DNA of 64,000 nt, from NCBI RefSeq assembly GCF_006345805.1, contig NC_043001.1, positions 55,862,001 to 55,926,000 of the forward strand, given 5' to 3'. The notes under the pieces were generated by a model. The model was not told where the DNA came from. It worked only from the letters and a program-made list of their open reading frames with translations, and made no database searches. The translations under genes were made by a program, and so were the position numbers. Below, in pieces: positions 12,253 to 24,286 of this stretch; position 1 is the first letter of the stretch, and the number at the start of each line of letters is the position of its first letter. This DNA comes from Octopus sinensis. Its lineage: Eukaryota.

Positions 12253-14094
12253 ACTAATATAAGGGACTATAAAGGTGGTGAGTTGGCAGAACAGGCACTG
12301 GTGTCACAACTAACCAGTGAGCTTGTTAAAAAATATATTATAGGAACAAAGGCAGTATTAATACAGAAAGGTAATATTTATCCCCACTTGAGTGTGGATG
12401 TAGTGTCAGAACAAGCTATACTGCAGTAGTTATTTAGAGACTATACTGAACATCCTCCAAATTGTAATCACTGAATGAAGTAACCAAAAAATCTTTCTAA
12501 AATCATAACACCCAATTGTTCATTTAAAGAATGAAAGGACACAGATGATATAGCCCTAGATATCTGGGAAAAAGCAGGACAGTCATGACTAGGTCACTCT
12601 TGATCATGAATCTCCTCAATCAAAGTTGACCTTGGGCTCAACATCAACAACAGCAGCAGCAGTAGCAGCTTCAAGAATTTGCCATTCAAGAATTTGGACC
12701 TGGAGATTTCCATTTCTAGCAACTTCGAGGGTCACCTCCCAGTGGTGTCGGGCGTCAACAAAGAGCCCTCGACTACAACAAGACGACCAAATTTTTTTTC
12801 TTTATTTCTTTCTTTTTTTTTCCAAGGTCTGTGGTCTCCCGCCCCTAAGCCCTAGACCATCACCTAATCACCCTTACCCGTCTTGTTGCTTAACAATAAC
12901 AACAACAATAGCAGCAGTAGCAGCTTCATCATCATTGTTGTTGTTGTTGTTGTTCTTTCAGGCAATACATTAAACTTGTACCAAAATGAGAGCATGCTGT
13001 ATCCATGTCTAATGCACAATGTAACAAGCTCAACTATGAAATTTCTCCACATGATTTGCAACTAAAATTCTAACAGAAATTGAATGAATTGCCTATAGGA
13101 TTCTGAAATGTCAAACAGATGTTGTCTGCCACGAATCATGGTTCACAAAAATGTTGTTGCTGCTGTTGTTTGAGGTGTGGTGGTCATAGTAGTGGTAGAT
13201 GTTGTGGTGTTGGGGATGGTGGTGGATATGATGTTTGTGCTGATGATGGGGTATTGTTGGTACTGTTGTCGCTGTTGTTAGTGGTGGGATAAATTGAGAT
13301 AATGGTATTACTAGAGGTAATGCTGGTATTGAGTGGGGGGGGGTGATGGTATTAGAGTGTGAGTGGTGGTGATATTAATGATGTAAGCATTGATGGTGGT
13401 GGTGGGCGTGACAATGATGGGTTATAAATCTTAATTACATTTTTTTATTTTTCATTTTGCTTTTTGTATCTTGGGATTGTTTATTATTATTTCGTTAACA
13501 TTTTTTTTTTCCAGGGGAGGGGCTTGCCTTTATTTCTATTTCTTTTCTTTTATTTTTCAGCTTTTATTTATGTATTTATTTTGATTTAAATCTGTGGATT
13601 TCATTGGCTGAATGTTTGTTCTTCCATTGAAGATTTCAATATTTGATTGCTGAAATTTAATTTTGGATTGTTGGAGCATGTGATTTTCTGCTGAACATCT
13701 TGCCCAAAAATGACAACTTCTTAAATGAGAAGTGATATGTATGCTTACTCTTCTGTTGCATTTACTGAGTCGAAATAATGGCTTATTCCAGAAACACCCA
13801 TCTCACTCCACCCCTACACCTACACACATATAAAAAAAAACTGCAGGAAAATATATTCATCACTCATCATCTTCATCAGCAAGCACTTCACCATCATTTC
13901 CATCATTGCTTTCATTGAATCAATGAAAGAAACTTCTACGTGGTGGCTACTCATCGTGGCCATTCAGTCGACTACAAAGTATCAAGACCAAATCTCCCTC
14001 CAATTACAATGCAATAGTCATGGTTGGAACACATTTGAACATAGTTCTGCTGGATCGAGTCTGACTTGTGAGTAAATGCATTTTTTTGTTTGTT

Positions 14095-14290
14095 TTGTGA
14101 CCCCCTTCGGTCATGGATGACCATGGGATTGCACCTAGAAAGTTACCCTCCAAGGCACAAGTCTGGGCAAGGTTGTTTATGGAAGACCAGCAGTCGCCCG
14201 TGCGTACCAGCCTCCCCTCTCCATGCCACAGATGTTATCCAAGGGAAAGGCAAAGGCCGATACAGCTTGGCACCAGTGACGTCGCAGCTC
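14095..14290 (-). mobile_element. SINE family C, 3' part
   Basis: Reverse complement of 23580-23765 (gtgaccccttcggtcatg...ttgcacctagaaagttaccctcc). Confidence 0.8.
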
Positions 14291-15138
14291 ATTTATTAAT
14301 GTGCAAGTGGCCGAGCATTTCACAGACACATGTACCCATAACGTAGTTCTCAGGGAGATTCAGTGTGACATACAGGTACAACAGAAACAGGAAGAAAGAG
14401 TGAGAGAAAATTGTGGTGAAAGAGTACAGCAGAGTTCACCACCACACCCTGCCGGAACCTTGTGGAGCTTTAGGTGTTTTTAGTCAATAAACACTCACAA
14501 TGCCCACGAGTCTGCTGCCCTAACCACTGGACCATTGTGCTTCCACAAGTAAATGCTTACAACAATAACAAATCACAGAATAGCAGTGCAAAGCAGTGAA
14601 GAGTATAAGTTACCTTCTCGAATCATGCTGACTCATAAGGGCCAGTTTCCCAGCTCCCGTGGCTTATTATCAGTTCAAATATGCTTGGGGAACGTTTGAA
14701 CTCATAACTAAGCCATTTATTATGTTTTGTCAAGGAGAAAATTTCTTGCTATAGACAAATGGTGTAAATGCACAAAAAAAATCATCTTGAAATGCCACCT
14801 GCCCAGACTGTGAGATGCATGCATTTTGGATTGGTTATCTCCTCTCAGTCATAGACACTGAGAAAACCATTCTGTAATACTTGCATCTCAAAATCTGGGT
14901 GGGTGGCACTGTGAGCTGGTTTTAGGGGTATTTACACCATTTGTCAAGTGAAGGCGCGTGTTTTGGGGGTTAGGGTATTTGGCTCAATTCCCAGTGATAC
15001 ATTGTATCCTTGAGCAATACACTTTGTTTCACATTGCTCCAGTTCACTCAGCTGGCAAAAATGAGTAGTACTTGTATTTTAAAGGTCCAGCCTTGTCACA
15101 TTCTGTGTTACATTGAATCTCCTCGAGAACTGCATTAA

Positions 15139-15352
15139 CCTTTCGTTACCAACCCGGCTGAAACCGGCTATGGCTCTGAGTGCAAATGTCTTGTTTTCAT
15201 AAGTTTTGAATTAAAATCTTCCACCAAACCTTAATCACAATTTATGCTCCTCACACTAGCTGAATAATAACTAAGTTATTTTACTAAATTTTTTGATATA
15301 TTTAAAGTAATTGAAAGAAACACAGAGCATCTCAAATACAGTAATGAAAGAG
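15139..15352. mobile_element. TTAA-flanked MITE (piggyBac-like ends) nested in a family-C SINE variant
   Basis: ttaa|cctttcgttac ... gtaatgaaagag|ttat; the host SINE (about 14985-15470) resumes after it. Confidence 0.7.
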
Positions 15353-16503
15353 TTATGGGCATGTCTGTAGAGTGCTCAGCCACATGCATGTTAGATTCAC
15401 GAACAAGCTGTTCCATTGACTGGATCAACTGGAACCTTCATTGTTGTAACTGACGAAGTGCCAGTTAGTTACACCATTTTTCTATGGCAAGAAATTTTCT
15501 CCTTAACAAAATGCAGTGAATGGCTTTCTACAAGTTTGAATATGCTCTAAGCATATGTAACAAATCACCTTCAATATTACAAGCATTGTTTTTGTTTATA
15601 ATATTCAGTTTTTAATCCCTGTGCAAGTTGCATACAACTACATTGCAGGACTCTCATTCCTGTCACGTCTTGTTTGTAAGGTCACACAAACTGTGATCAA
15701 ATATCATTGATTCTCATAGAACCCATGAAAATGCTTTTTTTTCTAGGTTATACAAAGTATGTATAGGCATGGCTATGGGAACAGGCAAGAAGATTCACTT
15801 TGCAATCACTTAGTTATGGGTTCTTTGGGAAGTCTGTTCAATCAATGTCTTGGATTGTAAAATAAATTTTGTTGACAGAAACCATGTAGAACATGTATGC
15901 GCACATATACACAAACATGCATGTGTCTGTATGGATGAATGCGAGTGAGTGTGTGTATATGTGTATGTGTGTAAGTATGTATGTGTGTGTGTTTGTATGT
16001 GTGAGAGTGTGTGTGTATTTGTGTCAACTAGTGTAAATGGGTATTATATACGTCAGTGAAGGATAGAAACTCTCTTAATATCTAGAAATCGATAAAATAA
16101 GAACCAAACAAATTTCTGAAGTCAATATAATTGATTAAAAGCTTTGGGAGTAGTTCCTCAAGATGGCCCCAGTTCAACGACTGAAAACAGTAAGAGAGTA
16201 AAGGAATAAAGGTATTTGGTGCTGGGAAGATGTTTGAGAATACCAAGTCATTGATGTCTTCATTACCTGCAAAGTGACAACAACTAACATTATGGGAGTC
16301 ATTCAATTCTCCATAAGTGAAGTAAATGGATCCTCTTCTGGTTTTCCTGATAGACATTCTAGTTTTAGGATTAACAGAAATATAACAAGCTTGCATTTAC
16401 TTACTTTCATCTCACAATGCTTGGGTCAATTCAAGACTATTGTATATTACAGTTTTGTAAGGTGCATAGAGTGCATAGACTATTGTATATTACAGTTTTG
16501 TAA

Positions 16504-16760
16504 GGTGCATGACTTAGTGGTTAGGGTGTTGGACTTATGATCATAAGATTGTGGTTTCAATTCCTGGACTGGGCGATGTGTTGTGTTATTGAGCAAAACT
16601 CTTCATTTTACTTTGTTCCTGTCCATTCAGCTGGCAAAAATGAGTAATCATGCGACGGACTGGGGTCCCATTCAGGTGGGGAATTTATAAGCCACGGGAG
16701 CTGGGAAACTGGCCCTTATGAGTCAGCATGATTCGAGAAGGTAACTTTACTTTACCTATC
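16504..16760 (+). mobile_element. SINE family C head with alternative tail
   Basis: ggtgcatgacttagtggttagggtgttgg head; tail ggcccttatgagtcagcatgattcgagaaggtaac(tttac)n, whose reverse complement is at 14606-14666. Confidence 0.8.
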
Positions 16761-18130
16761 TTATGTAAGGTGCTGTAGAGTTGGATTAAATCCCAACTTC
16801 ATGACTGCGAATAAACCATTTCTCCATAAATACACATACAAACACCTACACAAAATATACACAAATACACCATAATAAAATTCCTAAACTCTAAATCTGC
16901 TTAATGATTAGTTGGAATTGTCAACTGTTAAAAACTAGACTCCTCAGTAGTCAAAATAAACCAGTAATTATTAAGTTAAAGTATTGGATGGCTGACCACA
17001 TGGTTTTGAAATCCAATCCGAGTACAGATATGTTGTACTCCTGGCCAAATCTCATAATTATGTTTGCAACAGTCAGCCTGATTGAATAACAGGTTCTCTC
17101 CATTATTTACAGTTGACTGATTACTGGTAGGAAGATCACCCATCCAGCTGCGAAAACAATTGCTTCAAAATTATGCAAATTTGCAGGAATCCAGATTTGT
17201 TACAAACCATCCCACATAATGCTAGATTAGAAAAACTGTTAGAAAAAAAAATAAAGCTTTTAATATATTCAGCTGATGGTCTTTTGCAAAAGAACTTCTT
17301 TTGAAGTCTCTCCCTCACCATCACTCACACATGCTGAGTTGTTCAGATGAGATTACCATTTTTACAGAAATATGGCAGTGCAAGATTTTATTTTACATGT
17401 ACGAATAGGATGCAGGATGAAACATGAAGATCTTTGTAGTCTGCAGTTTCAACAAGAGAAGTTCTAGGGAAATACAAATCTTCACTGAGAACACACACAC
17501 ACACACACACACATAAAGGTTGTTTTGGGTGCAGCAAATAAGCAAGTGTACTGAATTTGACACGAATGTCTAAATCTGGTAACACACATACACACATTCA
17601 GAGAGAGAGAGAAAGAGATAGAGAGAGAGGGAGAGAGAGAGAGAGAGAGAGAAAGATAACTGTTTTTAAATACATAAAAACTATAAACCTTAATTAAAGG
17701 ACTTAATGCACATGTAGAGTCTAGTATTCATAATAATTTATTGACAGCGATTTCTAAGTTTTATCAGAGGCAGCTTAAAGTGTGCGGGTAAGTTAAACAA
17801 AAGATATAATTAAGGTTTATAGTTTTTAATTAAGGTTTATAGTTTAATTAAGGCTTATAATTATCAAATGGTGAATGAAACTGGTCAAAATGAAAGGGAG
17901 TATAGATCGATAAAGATAATGTGTAATAATGTGTGTACATACCTGCGCATCTACACACATACATACCTACATACAGACAGACATCATCATTGTTTAATAT
18001 CTGTTTTCTATACTGGTATAGCTTGAATGGTTTGACAGGAGCTGGCCAACCAGGGGGCTGCGCAGACACCAATGGTCATACATAAAAAGAAAATACCTAT
18101 AATGTTGACTATATTGAGGCTGATGGGTCA

Positions 18131-18424
18131 AGAGAGTATTGATGGAACTTAAAAATTACAACAACTACCAAGTTAAAACACAACTGGCCAGATAGCGTTG
18201 TGTGGGACCACAAATAAAAAAATATATGTTCTTTTGTGGATATCAACTGCTCTCTGGACACAAATGTGGTTAGAAAAATACAAGAGAAAGCGGACATCTA
18301 TGGACCATTGATAATGATTTTGCAAATCCAGTACCCAAGATACACTTTCAGTTTCATACTTATTATTATCGGAGCAACATGATACATACCAACCCATCTC
18401 CAGCAAAGTATAACTGAACTTGGG
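18131..18424 (+). mobile_element. Restriction-like endonuclease domain fragment of a LINE (R4/NeSL-like), pseudogenised
   Basis: One frame with 3 stops: REY*WNLKITTTTKLKHNWPDSVVWDHK*KNICSFVDINCSLDTNVVRKIQEKADIYGPL..LQIQYPRYTFSFILIIIGAT*YIP; fits the HN.PD...(D/E)..C..D.N...K..EK...Y REL pattern. Confidence 0.75.
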
Positions 18425-18619
18425 ATCTTGGGTAGAGAAATTCCACTGAGGTTGACTTTGCCCTTCATCTTTTTGGGGTTAATAAAATAAATACTAGTTA
18501 AGCACTGGGGTTAATGTCATCAACTTATCCCCTTTCCTGAAATTACTGGCATTGTGCCCAAATCTGAAGCCATCATTATTATCATTATTATCATTATTAT
18601 TATTATTATCATTATTATT

Positions 18620-19055
18620 AAGGTGATGACCTCGCAGAATCGTTAGCACACTGGGTGAAATGCTTAGTGGTATTTCTCCTGTCACTACGTTCTGAGTTCA
18701 AATTCTGCCGAGGTTGACTTTGCCTTTCATCATTTTGGGGTCATTAAGTACCAATGAAACGCTGGGGTCGATATAATTGACAAATCCCCACCCCACAAAT
18801 TTGAGGCCTTGTACCTTCAGTTGAAAGGATTATTATTATTGTTGTTATGAAGCAGTGAGCCAGCAAAATCATCAGTAGGCCAGGCAATTTTTGTTTGTCT
18901 TTATGTTCTGAGTTCAAATTCTGCTAAGGTCAGCTTTGCCTTTCATCCTTTTGGGGTCAATAAAATAAGTACCAGTTAAGCACTGAGGTTGATGTAATTG
19001 GCTTGGCTTATCCCCTCCTTCCAAATTGTTGGTCTTGTGCCAAAATTTGAAATAA
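18620..19055 (+). mobile_element. Two head-to-tail family-B SINEs separated by (ATT)n
   Basis: Heads at about 18620 and 18850, each after an att-rich run. Confidence 0.8.
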
Positions 19056-20891
19056 TGGTTATCATCATCATCATCATCTTCATCATCGTTATTATCATTA
19101 ATGGCTTCTAAGATTCATTGTACAATAAGGATGTCTATAACAGCATTAGTAGCAAGGACAAATTACCAAAAAAATAGCAAAAAAAAAAACCAAGTGTTTA
19201 CAAAGAATCACATATGAGAAAACAGCTGGAATACAGCATTATAATAGAAGGAAGGAAATGAAATGAAACATCCCAGTAAGGGGACAGCCACCTGAGGTTT
19301 ATCAGGGAATACTAGACATCTCAAATTACACTTGCTGCCAAGGGCAAGTGGCCTTTCCCAGCTGTGTTCTCTGCCCTCATAATAATTACATCAACATAAC
19401 TAAAATAACTGATACAATAAATAAATAAAGAAAATAATTACTTTCAAGTAAACAAAAAGGAGAGAGGGAGTAAGGAGGGAGAGAGAGGGAGAGCAGTGAG
19501 AGAGTGGGGAAATAAAATAAAAAACATTATAAGCCAAACAAATATAAAAATGGCAAAGTGTGCTTCTTAATGGGTGGGCTGTGGCGTTTAATTTCTGAAT
19601 TGTTGCAAGTTTTATTATATAATTGAGACTAGAGACTGGTACTATCAAATAGATTGCAAAGCATCTTCTTTCATAGAGAAGAGAGGCTGCTAACATAGGT
19701 GCTCATCTCATCGGTAGTCTAGCTCTTGTTGGGGGTGGGGGAAGTGGTCTTACTCCAACAATGTGAACATCATATGATATCTTGATGTGCGCTGCATTAT
19801 CATCATTATAATTACCTTAACAACAACAAGAACCACAGCTGTCAGCGCCGCTACCACCATAGACATCATGTGGCCAATATATAGATTTGTTGCATGCATA
19901 TAAATGCGTATGGATTCATATAGATACACATGGATGCATACAACTACATCTACTACCATCACCACCGCCGCTGCCACTACTACCATCACCACTGCCGCCA
20001 CTACTACTACTGCTATGCTACTACTGCTACTTCTACATTTTGATAGTATGCTGAAAATTCCTTGTTCAGTGCAAATAACAGAACATAGGCTGTATCATAC
20101 ATGATATCTGAGATTTTATGCATAGGATGGGAGACTGACTCGTTCTCTGGATATACAGACAAAACTGTGATATTGCCACTATTATGATTACATGTCAGAC
20201 ACAAGCACACTAAGCGCTCTAACTGAAAGTCTTCAATATGATGCCACCAGAACCAGAAAAATTAATTTTCAACTAAATTTTGGCTGTCATAAGCAAACCG
20301 AATATAAGCATATAAGTTTTCCAGTGAAATTAGCTTTTTTTTTTCTGTTTGCATGTAACAAGTCCAATGAACTTAAAATACTTCAGACAATGTTTGATGG
20401 CAATGAGACTAATCTGTTACTTTTGTTGAGCATCGTTCAAAATAACTGTTCATTTTCATGTTATTCACCAAGAAGATATGAATGTATCAGTCTAGTCTTT
20501 CAATAGTTTTTCAGTAGCTTTGATCAAGGATAGTTAGAATAACCAAGAGTTTCATTGAAAATGTTCAGAGCGTAATGAATAGCATTTACTGGGCATCCAA
20601 TTTAAGCGGTAATGGCTTAAAAAGTCATTTCGGCTAAATCAGTTATACAATATTCACTAGTAATCAATACAAGAGGTCTTAGGATGATATAATCAGATAG
20701 TTATTAGTAGCTTCTCTTACTTAGATAGATCATTGTCATTGACATCGTCATCGTCATTGTTATCACCATCATCATCAATATTTAGTGTCTGTTTTCCAGC
20801 TGGCATAGGTTAGATGGTTTGACCAGAATTCTTAAACCAGAGAGCTGCACCTGGCTCCAGCCTTTTACATCAGCACATATGATATCAAATA

Positions 20892-21648
20892 CCGTAAATC
20901 CTCGAGTATAGTCCGCCCTTGAGTATAATACGCAAGGGATTTTTAGGGGGTTGTACCTCTGAAAAATCTAAACCTTGTGTATAATATGCATCCCTTCTCT
21001 AACATGAGTCATGCATAATTAAGCCAGCAGTACCTAATCGAAGAAACTTCGTTTAATGTCCATTTTCCATACTAGCATGGGTTGGACGATTTGACTGAGG
21101 ACTGGCGAACCAGATGGCTGCACCAGGCTCCAATCTTGATCTGGCAGAGTTTCTACAGCTGGATGCCCTTCCTAACACCAACCACTCCGAGAGTGTAGTG
21201 GGTGCTTTTACGTGCCACCGGCACAGGGCCAGTCAGGTGGTACTAGCAATGACCTCGCTCAAATGTTTTTCATGTGCCAATAAGGCGATGTTGGCGTAGT
21301 ACAGTAATGGTGATGTTCTTAACTGTTATATGGGAATGTAAATATGTTTGGAAATTTTTTTTGTTTCATGTTATTCTGTGTTCTGAATACTTTTATTTTA
21401 ATAAATGTTGCTTACTGCAAGTTATGGATGATTCTTTTAGGACTTCATTGCTTTCAGGCTTAGCTTAAGGTATTTTTGCGCCCGACATCACAAAATGCGT
21501 CTGAATAAACATTGCCGGACAGTAAATAGAGACTCAGACATTGCTTAGAAAGTATTTTTCATTTTCAACCTTGTATATAGTACGCACTAGGGATTTTGAC
21601 CTTTAAATTTGGGGAACAAAAATTTGGATTATACTTGAGGATTTACGG
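20892..21648. mobile_element. Non-autonomous Tc2/pogo-type DNA transposon with nested family-D repeat
   Basis: TIRs ccgtaaatcctcgagtata / tatacttgaggatttacgg, TA on both sides (20890-20891, 21649-21650); CCGTA termini are characteristic of Tc2-group elements; family D (minus) at about 21050-21290 inside. Confidence 0.85.
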
Positions 21649-22299
21649 TAATAATTTTTTTTACCTCAAAATGTTCTTAAATTTAGTCACATTCATTTTT
21701 ATGTGGCATTATTAACAGTAACAATAATTGTGACATGGTAATTAAAATTGCTCTGTTTAAGCCTATATCATTTAAAAGAATAGAAGTTCTGATATTCGCA
21801 GCATAGATAGATCATAAGTAATTAGATATATGGAAGTATAATGTTGAAATCATCGGAGCACACCTTGTGCATGTGTGTGGATGTATACACAGAAATATAC
21901 ACACACGTGTGTGTGTACTTGTGTGTACACACACATACATGTAGAGTTTTGTCATCAGAAACTGCAAAAACCTTGTTGTATACATTTGTGTGTGTTTGTG
22001 TGCATGCAAGAATATGCATGAATGTTGATGTTTCATGCTTGACACTAGCTGAGTGAAGAAGCAATTGTCATGTTGACATTCTTTACTGTCATTATGACTT
22101 GTCACATTGCACCAACAAAGAGCTCTGCAATAAAAAAAAATCCCTTTTGAAAACAGGTAAGGGTTGGCAACAAGAAGTGCATCCAGCCATAAAATACTCC
22201 TTTAGATAACTCCTGATTCAAATCCATTCTCGCATAGATGTATAGACATTAACTCTTTTACATTCAGATTATTCTGTTAAAGGTAATGCTTTAACATCA

Positions 22300-22625
22300 T
22301 CATTGTCATTTAACGTCTGTTTTCCATGCTGGCATGGGTTGGAAGGTTTGACAGGAGCTGGTCAGCTGAAGAACCATCCAGGCTCCAAGTATGTTTTGGC
22401 ATAGTTCTATGGCTGGATGTCCTTCCTAACACCAACCATTTTACAGAGTACTGAATGGTTTTACACAGCATTGGCATGGGTGCATTTATGTGACACTAGC
22501 AACTACAAGCCCACAAGATTAGGGATGCTCAACTGGAGAGGGTTACAGGGGACAAGCCTGTATGCAAAGACAGCCATGCTTTTACTTAGCTTGACCTGTC
22601 TTTTCAAGCACAGCAAACTGCCAGG
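22300..22625 (-). mobile_element. RTE-type LINE 3' end (family D tail plus last codons of ORF2)
   Basis: Minus strand gctgtgcttgaaaagacaggtcaagctaag (AVLEKT..) followed by the ggaagggcatcc-type tail and (GAT)n. Confidence 0.7.
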
Positions 22626-22962
22626 AGTCTTGTTTTTAATTAACCATATACTATTCCATAGCTTTGGGAATTCAATGATGTGATTGTTTCATTTTAGAAC
22701 AACATTGTAGGTTATGTGTGAGAAGTCAGATTTGGCTGGCTTGAATATAAAACAGAATGGATATTTGGGCTAAATATCACCAGTTAAAAGCTTAAGTGTT
22801 AAACAAATTAAGAATAAATATATGTAACTAGAAGTTTGGGAAATTGTGCCTTTGTTTTTCAAGAGCATGACAAGAAGAATTTCTCTTCCAACTTAACTTC
22901 ATTTTCATCATGTGACTGTCTTAAAACAAGTTAGGGAATAAAAAATATAGAGTACAATATAA

Positions 22963-23167
22963 TGAGGGGGCACTGAAAAGTTACTGGCTTTGGTCAAAAG
23001 AAAATACTGGAGGATCAGTTATGATTTTATTCAACATATTGTCCTCTCAGATTTACACACTTATTGCAGTGATCCTTCAGTTTTTCTAAGCCCTACAAAA
23101 AAATTCGGGCCTTTAACTAGGCCTTTTGCAATACGTTTAAAGCCAAGATCTTTTCAGCACCCACTCA
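22963..23167 (-). mobile_element. Miniature mariner derivative (~205 bp)
   Basis: TIRs tgagggggcactgaaaagtt / cttttcagcacccactca; minus strand reads LEKLKDHCNKCVNLRGQYVE*, a mariner transposase C-terminus. Confidence 0.75.
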
Positions 23168-23440
23168 AAGTCTAAAATTCATTTCTTGACATGCAATATG
23201 GTTTTAGAACTCTAGTAAATTCATTGTTTCAAGCAGCATGTTATCTTTTGTTAGGGTGTAATATATATAACCCTGCTTCACTTAAGACCACAAATGTTGT
23301 AACTATAGTTTAGCCCCAGGTCAGATCTAAGCAAAGCATTGCAGCAATCATTATCCTATCAAATTTTCAAACAGCATATCTTAAAATTTTTTTAGATGGT
23401 AAGGTCTGGTTTGATGGGATATTTTGGTTGGTATTTCTAG

Positions 23441-23768
23441 CATGGCTCAGTGGTTAGAGCATCGAGCTTATGACCATGAGATTGTGAGTTCAATTCCTGG
23501 ACCGGGCTGTGTGTTGTGTTCTTGAGCAAGACACTTTATTTCACTTTGCTCCAGTTAACTTAGCTGTAGAAATGAGTTGCGATATCACTGGTGCCAAACT
23601 GTATCAGCCTTTGCCTTTCCCTTGGATAACATCAGCGGTGTGGAGAGGGGAGGCTGGTATGCATGGACGACTGCTGGCCTTCCACAAACAATCTTGCCTG
23701 GACTTGTGCCTCGGAGGGTAACTTTCTAGGTGCAATCCCATGGTCATTCATGACCGAAGGGTGTCGCC
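23441..23768 (+). mobile_element. SINE family C, near full length
   Basis: catggctcagtggttagagc A-box, gagttcaattcc B-box, gttcttgagcaagacacttt block, 3' ctaggtgcaatcccatggtcattcatgaccgaaggg. Confidence 0.9.
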
Positions 23769-24286
23769 TCCTCATCCTCCTCTAGCAGTTCGAACTTGTA
23801 GGAACTCTAAACAGTTTTGAGACTTCAAATGTAGATTAAGCATGTAGGGAGACACTTTCATCTCTTCCAACAATGGTCCATGTTATGAACCAACAAGGGT
23901 TTCATTGCATGGTCACTCAACTTGTTGGCTCAGGTAGGTCTGATCTTAGGATAAATAACAATAACATCATTACAAACCTCATTAATAACAAAATATTGAA
24001 CATATCACAATAAAAGAGACCTCATGTGGTCACTTGGCATGTTAGAAATGATGACCAGATCTCCTTGAAATAACATCCTACAATTTTAAAGAAAAGAAGG
24101 ACATGTAATCCCTGAGTTATAAAGGCACTGGCTGGTCATGAATGGAATGCAATTGATTATACATCTGTTCATTCAGTGTTGATCAGGGACTACACAATGA
24201 CTACAACAACAAAAAAACATGTAGAATTTCAAGTAGAACATCAATGATATTGATACAGCAGTCTAGATAGTTCTGCAATTAATATA

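Noticed and set aside
20013-20506. Overlapping open frames on both strands (CLCLTCNHNSGNITV..; MSDTSTLSALTES..)
   Set aside because: No recognisable motif, no convincing donor, and both frames run into low-complexity sequence.
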